NCBI GenBank assembly: GCA_964534565.1
Contig: CAZHON010000001.1
Location: forward strand, 390,532-454,531
Origin: an uncultured Candidatus Peribacteria bacterium
GTDB lineage: Bacteria; Patescibacteriota; Gracilibacteria; Peribacterales; Peribacteraceae
Reading direction: 5' to 3'
Length of the DNA: 64,000 nucleotides
Below are positions 28,167 through 35,090 of this stretch, piece by piece. The notes under the pieces were generated by a model, which ran no database searches, was not told the DNA's origin, and saw only the letters and a program-made list of their open reading frames with translations. The position numbers and the translations under genes are program-made. Numbering within the stretch: the first letter of the stretch is position 1; the number at the start of each line of letters is the position of its first letter.

Positions 28167-30512
28167 TCAGGCCTTTGGAGGCGTATTTGCGTCTCCTTGA
28201 GGCCCAATATTATCGGCGCGGATGAACGCAACGGGCTTATCGTCGACAATGGGAGGAACGGGATTCTGCGGTAGGACAGGCGCTTCCTTCACCGGTGTTG
28301 CAGGCGCAGGAGCTGCAGGCGTCTCAGCAGCGGGCTTGGGAGTTGGCGTTGGTGTCGGTGTCTGCGTTGGAGAAACCGGAGCAGAGGAAGGAGCTGGATT
28401 CGTTGGACTTGCGACAGGAGCAACGGCAGGTGCAGGTGTTGGTTCCACGGTTGGTGCTGCCGGCGTAATTTTTGCAGGTGCTGGAGATGGAGCTGCTACT
28501 GGTGCGCTTGGCTGAGTAGGAGTTGCAGCAGTCGGCGCTTTTGATTCTGCAACTACGGGAGCGGGAGCGATGGGCGTTGCAGCTGGTGTTGGGGTCGGAG
28601 TGCTTTGGACTGGTGCTGCAGGAGCAGACACAATCGGAGCCGCAGCGGCAGGCTTTGGCTCAACTGTTGGAGAGGGACTGACCTTCAGCCAGGACGGTGT
28701 GCTCGAAGCGGCAACAGGGCCCGGAGTAGTTGTCTTCAGCCAGGAAGGAGTGCTTGGGGAAGCAGGCTTTGGTGCAGGTGCTGGAGCAGCGGCAGGCTCA
28801 GGTGCGGCAGGGGTCGGAGCAGGAGCTGGTGCAGGCGTCTGTGGCTTTGGCGGAGTGACCGGCACAGGTGCGGGCTGAGGAACTGGCGTAGGTTTTGCCG
28901 CAACAACAGGAGCTGCCGTCACGGGTGTTGGTGCAGGAGTCGGTTTGGGAGCCGGTGCCGTTGGCTTCGGAGCAGGCGTGGAGAGATCGGGCTTGCCCTG
29001 CAATCCTTGCTTGAGCCAGCTCGGAGCATTCTCTGCCTGAATTGTTGGAGTCGGAGAAGGGACCGTCGTGGTTTGTTTTTCTTCACGCTCTGCAACGGCT
29101 GCAGGAGGTGTTTGTCGAACGACCGGTGCAGCAGCAACCACCGTTGGTGTCACCACTTGTGGTTTTTGCACCAACTTCGCCTCCATTTGCTCAAAGTGTT
29201 TCTGCAACGATGAGCTTTGTTCCGTGCCGCCGGCGCGACGACGGATGCGAGAGAGGAGGAAGACCAAGATCAAGCCTGCAACAATGCATCCCAAGAAAAT
29301 CAAAATGTATCCAATGTAATTTCCGCTCATGAGACCGATGATTTTGTCGGCGATGGCGCTTGTTCCTGCAACCGTACTTGATGCAGCTGAAGAGGCCGAG
29401 GCGACACTCGCGCCAGAGGAGACTGCCCCGGAACCAGTGATGGGAAGATCGTCCGTGACCGTAAGATCTTTGGTCGCTTCATCGATGATCTTTCCAGATG
29501 CCAGATCCTTGACGGTCAAATGAACTGTGAAGGTGCTGCCCGATCCGAATGTGTGACTGGGTTGAGTCGTCAGACTTGTTTCACCGTCGCCGAAATCCCA
29601 CTGATAGAGAAGAGAAGTATCGGGTTCTGCATTCTTTTGAAAGACACTCTTGAATTGATAGGAACGATTTCCCAAGGCGGCAGCTTCGATGGAAAGGACA
29701 CCCTGGAGCGTTCCTTCCTGCTTCGCCGTATTGAACGATGTCACGGTAAACGGTTGTCGGGCGGGAGATCCGTCCGGAAGAACCATCGACACGCGCATGG
29801 ATTTCTTCGTGATCTCGTTTGCAAACCACAAGACGAGCGGATTGCCGTCTGTCTTGAAGAGTGTTCCGTCGTTATCAATATCGTCGTCGGCAATTCCGTT
29901 GCCGTTCGTGTCGAGAGCAGTATCTGTATCGAGCATGATTCCATGCAGTCCCGCCTTGTTCAGACGAAGAACGATCGTATTCTGCCCGTTATCCAAAATT
30001 GCATTGCCGTTCTCATCGAGAGACGGAGTGGTGTGGATGATCGATCCCGACCCGACCGTTCCTTCATTCAACTCCACATCCCCTGGCATACGTGCCTCCA
30101 CCGCGATCGTGAACACCTTTCGAATGCGTGTCAGTTTGTCGCCGGAAGTGATTTCTGTCGTGAGCGTGTAGTTGCCCGGCGTGATGGGACGAGTTTCAAA
30201 GACGGCCGTGCGGTCAGCCTGAAGGAAGTGGCGATCTTTCGTCAAAATCCAGGCGTACGTTGCGTCCTTCAATGTGGTCACCGGCAAGAACCCGATGATT
30301 TCACCAACCTGAATGGTGATCAGGTCCGGGTCGCTGATTGCAGAGGAGACGCTGAACGAAGATGCACTGCTGACGGAACTGACGGTGTCGGTTGTCGGCA
30401 CATCGGGAAGTCCGGCCGAGATTTCTGCCTCCTCTGCGAAGATATGTCCCGATGTTCCCGCCAAGAGAGACAGGATCAAAAGACCGCAGAGAGGGGTGAG
30501 AAATTTCTTCAT
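28167..30512 (-). CDS. Surface protein: signal peptide, beta-rich ectodomain with a PKD-like domain, one TM, long Pro/Ala/Thr-rich tail
   Basis: 'MKKFLTPLCGLLILSLLAGTSG'; PKD-like 'YQWDFGDGETSLTTQPSHTFGSGSTFTVHLTVKD'; TM 'YIGYILIFLGCIVAGLILVFLLS' followed by 'RIRRR'; approximately 360-aa P/A/T tail with three 'PSWLK' motifs. Confidence 0.8.
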   Translation of the reverse strand: MKKFLTPLCGLLILSLLAGTSGHIFAEEAEISAGLPDVPTTDTVSSVSSASSFSVSSAISDPDLITIQVGEIIGFLPVTTLKDATYAWILTKDRHFLQADRTAVFETRPITPGNYTLTTEITSGDKLTRIRKVFTIAVEARMPGDVELNEGTVGSGSIIHTTPSLDENGNAILDNGQNTIVLRLNKAGLHGIMLDTDTALDTNGNGIADDDIDNDGTLFKTDGNPLVLWFANEITKKSMRVSMVLPDGSPARQPFTVTSFNTAKQEGTLQGVLSIEAAALGNRSYQFKSVFQKNAEPDTSLLYQWDFGDGETSLTTQPSHTFGSGSTFTVHLTVKDLASGKIIDEATKDLTVTDDLPITGSGAVSSGASVASASSAASSTVAGTSAIADKIIGLMSGNYIGYILIFLGCIVAGLILVFLLSRIRRRAGGTEQSSSLQKHFEQMEAKLVQKPQVVTPTVVAAAPVVRQTPPAAVAEREEKQTTTVPSPTPTIQAENAPSWLKQGLQGKPDLSTPAPKPTAPAPKPTPAPTPVTAAPVVAAKPTPVPQPAPVPVTPPKPQTPAPAPAPTPAAPEPAAAPAPAPKPASPSTPSWLKTTTPGPVAASSTPSWLKVSPSPTVEPKPAAAAPIVSAPAAPVQSTPTPTPAATPIAPAPVVAESKAPTAATPTQPSAPVAAPSPAPAKITPAAPTVEPTPAPAVAPVASPTNPAPSSAPVSPTQTPTPTPTPKPAAETPAAPAPATPVKEAPVLPQNPVPPIVDDKPVAFIRADNIGPQGDANTPPKA

Positions 30513-31468
30513 ACGTTCGTATTAATGGAAGAACCCAAATTCAAGAAGAACGACACAATCACGCGAGCGAAGACAATGACGAGCAATCCGAGAATTGTAT
30601 AGAGGATGATGTTCTTTGCGCGCTCACGAGAACTCTCGCTTCCAAACCCAACGATCAGGATGATACCTGCGACAATGATGGCAACGACTGCAAACAGTGC
30701 GAGGAAGCCGATCGCGATATCGAGAAGATTGAGGATCGTGGACGTGAAGGTGTTGATTCCGTTCGAGACGTTGATCGCACCTCCACCAAAACCGATCAAT
30801 CCCAAGTTGCACTGTACGGCGCCGCCCGTTCCCGATCCTCCGGAGATATTCGAGACGAATCCAACAATCACCGCTGCGAATGAAATAACAAGAATACCGG
30901 CGATTGTGTAGAGAATGATTCTCTTCGCCGTGTCCTTTGCGCTTTCGCTTCCAAATCCAAGGAGAAGGAAGAAGCCGGCAATGATGATGGCGACCGTTCC
31001 GATCAATGCGACGTATCCCAATGCTGCAATCACAATGCTGCAGATGATATCTGGCAACGTAACGTCGATGGTTCCACGACTGAGACCCATGAATAGTCGA
31101 ACGATTGCTCGTGCGAGGTTGATGATGATGAGACCGACGAGAGTGTAGATGATAATGCGTTTCGCGCGGTCCTTTGCTCCTTCATCTCCAAATCCAAGGA
31201 GAAGGAAGAAGCCTGCGATCACAATTGCGAGCACTGCGAGAATGTTTGCGATGTTCACGAGCGCATTTGTGAGCGACACGATGTAGGTGAAAAGATCTGT
31301 CTGACCTCCACCCAAAAGTTCTCGTTCCGCTTTGCTCAAACCTTCCTGAAACGATCCACCTTGATAGACGGATGCTTCAACAGGAACAGCGTAGGTCATA
31401 CACCAAGCGGCAGTGCATCCAAGGATCACTGCGACAAACACGGAGAGGAGGTGAGAGGATCTCGGCAT
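30509..31468 (-). CDS. Signal-peptide protein built of three tandem VirB2/TrbC-like (T4SS pilin-like) helix-loop-helix modules
   Basis: Three copies of the hydrophobic helix-'GFG(D/S)E(G/S)xK/R(D/E)xAKxII(I/L)YT'-hydrophobic helix module. ATGA overlap with the downstream PKD gene. Confidence 0.6.
   Translation of the reverse strand: MPRSSHLLSVFVAVILGCTAAWCMTYAVPVEASVYQGGSFQEGLSKAERELLGGGQTDLFTYIVSLTNALVNIANILAVLAIVIAGFFLLLGFGDEGAKDRAKRIIIYTLVGLIIINLARAIVRLFMGLSRGTIDVTLPDIICSIVIAALGYVALIGTVAIIIAGFFLLLGFGSESAKDTAKRIILYTIAGILVISFAAVIVGFVSNISGGSGTGGAVQCNLGLIGFGGGAINVSNGINTFTSTILNLLDIAIGFLALFAVVAIIVAGIILIVGFGSESSRERAKNIILYTILGLLVIVFARVIVSFFLNLGSSINTNV
30554..31246 (-). repeat. Three intragenic tandem pilin-like coding modules
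   Basis: Modules 1 and 2 retain an identical 26-nt stretch (30951-30976 = 31188-31213). Module 3 is more diverged. Confidence 0.8.
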
Positions 31469-31515
31469 TTCTTCCCACTATAGCACAGAACGACTGAAAA
31501 CGCTACCCTTCCTTC

Positions 31516-32511
31516 ATGCTTCCAACCCCTCGGGCATTGCTCAAAATAGCCAAATTGCCAGCAATTCTCATTTCCGATCCGATCAACATTCGTTACCTCA
31601 CAGAATCTTTGGTCAGTGAGGGACTGGTGCTAGTCGATGCAAAGGGGTTTCGACTCTTCGTCGACAGCCGTTACACGGAAGAAACAACGAGCACTGCACG
31701 AAAAGGAGTGAAGGTGGTTTCGCTGACGGATTTGCCCTCTGTATTGTCGAAGCAGAAGCGTTGTGGCGTGGAGGCTGCGCACCTCACGGTTGCTCGGATG
31801 GAGCGATGGAAGAAGGCGTTTCAACACACGACGTTCGTTCCGACGAAAGGCCTTGTCGAAGAGTTCCGTCGCTCCAAGGAACCGGACGAAATCAAACAGT
31901 TGCGGCGCGCACGACTTCTCACGAAACAACTTCTCAACAAGGTTCCTTCCCTCCTTCACGTGGGAATAACCGAGCAGGAACTTGCCTGGCAATTGGAAGT
32001 GATGGCACATGAGATCGGTGGAGAAGGACTTTCGTTCCCGTCGATTGTTGCGTTCGGTTCCAACACGAGTCAGCCCCATCATCACACGACCTCTCGTGCA
32101 CTGAAGAAAGGAGAGTTGGTACAGATCGATATGGGGGTGCGGGTGAATGGCTACTGTGGTGACTTGAGCGAGGTGTTCTTCACGGGTCCCAAAACACCTG
32201 AACAGGAAAAAGCACACAAAGCCCTTCTCAAAGCCAAGAAAAAGGCAACCGATCTTGTGAAACCAGGTGTGTCTTCCCGTTCATTGGATGCCGCAGCACG
32301 TGCAGTTTTACAGGAGTATGGAATCGATCAGGCATTCACACATGCACTCGGTCATGGGGTTGGGTTGGATGTTCACGAGGGGGCCACGCTCAGCAAGAAC
32401 GGCCCGGACACGCCTCTCCTTCGACATGAAGTTGTCACGATTGAGCCGGGTGTCTATTTCCCGGGCAAATTCGGCATGCGCCTGGAAGACATGGTTTTCG
32501 TTGAAGCCTGA
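31516..32511 (+). CDS. M24 family metallopeptidase (Xaa-Pro aminopeptidase-like)
   Basis: 'PSIVAFGSNTSQPHH', 'VQIDMGVRVNGYCGDLS', 'HALGHGVGLDVHEG', 'VVTIEPGVYFPGKFGMRLEDMV'. Confidence 0.9.
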   Translation: MLPTPRALLKIAKLPAILISDPINIRYLTESLVSEGLVLVDAKGFRLFVDSRYTEETTSTARKGVKVVSLTDLPSVLSKQKRCGVEAAHLTVARMERWKKAFQHTTFVPTKGLVEEFRRSKEPDEIKQLRRARLLTKQLLNKVPSLLHVGITEQELAWQLEVMAHEIGGEGLSFPSIVAFGSNTSQPHHHTTSRALKKGELVQIDMGVRVNGYCGDLSEVFFTGPKTPEQEKAHKALLKAKKKATDLVKPGVSSRSLDAAARAVLQEYGIDQAFTHALGHGVGLDVHEGATLSKNGPDTPLLRHEVVTIEPGVYFPGKFGMRLEDMVFVEA

Positions 32512-32563
32512 AAGAACTCTGTTCGGAGGGTGAGCCTTCTCCGAAATTGTTTTTTGTGGTAGA

Positions 32564-33925
32564 ATGTTTCGAATGCAACACACACACCGACTCTACGCAA
32601 CAATACTGTTTCTCTGTATAGCGACGCCCTTTGTGTCGACTGCGACAGACGACACCACTCCACGTGAGCAGGATTTCGTCCTCACTGCGTACTATTCTCC
32701 AAAACCGAATCAGTGTTGCTACGTCACAGGGTCCGAACAATCGGACAAAGACCTGAACGGAAACGGAACGAACGGTGCGGATGGAACGAAGGTCTACCCT
32801 GGCATGATCGCCGCTCCTCCAAGTTACGCATTTGGAACGCGCATTGTGCTTCCTGGACTGGGAATTGGTACCGTGCACGATCGTGGCGGAGCCATTCAAG
32901 AACAAGGGAAAGTTCATCGACTCGATGTGTGGGTGGGAAGCGGTGAAGAAGGATTGGCACGTGCTCTCGCCTTTGGCGTGAAGCATGTGCGCGGAACGAT
33001 CTACCCTGTCGGCTCCAAACAGCCCGCGGAGAAACTGGCTCTCGAAACATTGCCCGCACCGCTGACCAGCTTGTCGCCGTACATGAGTGTGGGGCTGCTT
33101 GATGTGAAAGCACGCTTCGGTGAAAGCGGCCTGGGTATTCGCTTGCTTCAGACAGCACTGAAAAATGGAGGATCGTTTGATCATGCAATTACAGGAACGT
33201 TCGGAGAGGTTACGAAAACGGCACTCGCAGCATTCATCAGCCGCATGAAACTTACCGAACCGACCGATCAATTGACGGAAAAAACAGCGGCGTATTTGCA
33301 GGCGACTGCCGATACGGCAAGTCGCGTTCTCCCCTTCGGTCTCATCGATGCAAAATCTTCCTCAACCGATATTCAAAGTGCAAAGCGTCTGCTTCGCGGA
33401 ATGGATTTGTACAAAGGTCGTACAGACGGTGTCTACAGCGATGATTTGAAAAAGGCGATTACCGCGTTCCAGATTCAGAAAAAATTGATTGCAGATGCAA
33501 ATGAAACAGGTGCCGGTCGTATCGGTCCGAAGACGCATGCCGCACTGGAGCAGGAATGGAAGCTTGTGGTTGTTGCACGTCAGGCACAGAACGTGCTCTT
33601 CATTCACTCTGTACAAATGGCGTTGGAGAAGAAAGGAATGATTCCCCAGTCGAAGATGAAAGTGGGCAGCAACGGAGCAGATGTGAAACGCTTGCAGTCG
33701 TTCCTTGCGAGCAAAGGATTTTTCCCGAAGGACAAGATCAACGGAAACTTTGGCGAGGTGACGAAAGCATCTTTGCTTGCGTATCAAAAAGCTCGTGGTC
33801 TCGTGAAAAACGATAAGGATACGGGCGCTGGAACAGTCGGTCCTTTTACGCTTCAAACGATGAAAACAGAGCTGGTTGCAACGGCAACGAAACGTGTTAA
33901 AGAGCACGGTTGGGACGCGCTCTAA
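32564..33925 (+). CDS. Secreted 3D-domain (MltA/RlpA-like barrel) protein with several peptidoglycan-binding (PG_binding_1-like) repeats
   Basis: 'FVLTAYYSPKPNQ...NGTNGADGTKVYPGMIAAPPSYAFGTRIVLPGLGIGTVHDRGGAI...RLDVWV'. Repeats 'GVYSDDLKKAITAFQ', 'NGNFGEVTKASLLAYQKARGL'. Confidence 0.75.
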   Translation: MFRMQHTHRLYATILFLCIATPFVSTATDDTTPREQDFVLTAYYSPKPNQCCYVTGSEQSDKDLNGNGTNGADGTKVYPGMIAAPPSYAFGTRIVLPGLGIGTVHDRGGAIQEQGKVHRLDVWVGSGEEGLARALAFGVKHVRGTIYPVGSKQPAEKLALETLPAPLTSLSPYMSVGLLDVKARFGESGLGIRLLQTALKNGGSFDHAITGTFGEVTKTALAAFISRMKLTEPTDQLTEKTAAYLQATADTASRVLPFGLIDAKSSSTDIQSAKRLLRGMDLYKGRTDGVYSDDLKKAITAFQIQKKLIADANETGAGRIGPKTHAALEQEWKLVVVARQAQNVLFIHSVQMALEKKGMIPQSKMKVGSNGADVKRLQSFLASKGFFPKDKINGNFGEVTKASLLAYQKARGLVKNDKDTGAGTVGPFTLQTMKTELVATATKRVKEHGWDAL

Positions 33926-33964
33926 GGCCATGAAAATCGGTGCGTGTTCTGGTAGACTGCCTCG

Positions 33965-35017
33965 GTGCGTTTTCTCCTGCTCACCATCGTCTTTCTTTCG
34001 AGTGTTGTCCCTGCGTATGCAAAAGATACGACCGGCATTTCGCGTCGTGACGGATTCATGATGATTTGGCAGAGCATTCTGCGTCCAATCGAAGAGACCA
34101 ATGAAAAACCATTCACCGATGTTCCCGAAGGAAGCCCAAATGCCGATGCGATTACCTATGCGAAATATCGTGGAATCATTGATGACGAAGACAAAGAATT
34201 TCATCCGACGGCACCGCTTACAATGACCGATGCGCTTCTGTGGCTGTTCCGCACCCGCAGTGTTTCCGACATCAAAGAAACGACCGTGAAGGAGTTGCCG
34301 GACATCCTCACGCGCTATCCCATTGTCAATTTAACGGGTCACGAAAGCCAAATTTTGACCCAAGATGATCTTCTGACTCTCATGCGTTCGCTCGATGCGA
34401 AGTTGCGCGATGAGGTGCACGAGATCAGTAACTATTCCGAATTTTTCCAGGGAGCCGGAACGGCGTTCGGAGAAAAATTCAATATGTATGCCATGACTGC
34501 GGCACATCGAACATTCCCTTACAACACACTCGTGAAAGTCACGAATCTCGATACGGGAAAGAGTGTGACTGTGCGCATCAACGATCGTGGCCCCTACGTG
34601 AAGGGCCGTGATATGGATTTAAGTTCAGGAGCATTCGGACAGATTGCAGATCCGGATGCCGGAGTGATTTATCACGCGACGTTCCAGCGACTGGGAGACG
34701 CAACGCTCGCGAACGGTTGTGGGGAATCGACACCCTATCAGCAACGCATCACGAAGGACGTCCATCTTTCGCCCGGCGTTCCCTGGTTCGTCCCACTCGG
34801 AAAAACAGTCTCATGGACAGCCAACGCTCCCTACGTTGTCCTGGGTCAAACCTATCCCGATGGAAACAAGGTGAAGATGCAAAACTGGCTTCTTCCAAAC
34901 GAAACATTCTCGTTTACACCCTCGGTTTCCGGTCAGTATTCGTTCCTGCTGGGGGCCAAAGACGGTCGAAAGCGCGAGCTGACCATGACGGTGGTGGACT
35001 GTCCGACGGCAAATTAG
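33965..35017 (+). CDS. SLH-like module plus RlpA-like double-psi beta-barrel (lytic transglycosylase-like) protein
   Basis: GTG start; signal '[19 protein letters not shown]'; SLH-like '[23 protein letters not shown]'; '[48 protein letters not shown]'. Confidence 0.8.
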   Translation: MRFLLLTIVFLSSVVPAYAKDTTGISRRDGFMMIWQSILRPIEETNEKPFTDVPEGSPNADAITYAKYRGIIDDEDKEFHPTAPLTMTDALLWLFRTRSVSDIKETTVKELPDILTRYPIVNLTGHESQILTQDDLLTLMRSLDAKLRDEVHEISNYSEFFQGAGTAFGEKFNMYAMTAAHRTFPYNTLVKVTNLDTGKSVTVRINDRGPYVKGRDMDLSSGAFGQIADPDAGVIYHATFQRLGDATLANGCGESTPYQQRITKDVHLSPGVPWFVPLGKTVSWTANAPYVVLGQTYPDGNKVKMQNWLLPNETFSFTPSVSGQYSFLLGAKDGRKRELTMTVVDCPTAN

Positions 35018-35061
35018 AGCCCCGGAACCGTATTTAAGGCCTACCGTTCAGGGCCGTTTTT

Positions 35062-35070
35062 TGGTATAAT
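35062..35070 (+). promoter_or_regulatory. Extended -10 promoter element upstream of ATPase paralogue 2
   Basis: TGGTATAAT, 20 nt before the GTG start at 35091; preceded by a T-tract. Confidence 0.45.
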
Positions 35071-35090
35071 CAAGAGATTTCTTTTCATAC

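Noticed and set aside
28222-29213. Several plus-strand Gly/Ala-rich ORFs (28222-28515, 28570-28878, 28605-29213)
   Set aside because: They are the complement of the Pro/Ala/Thr-rich tail of the 781-aa surface protein. Low-complexity sequence gives open frames on both strands.
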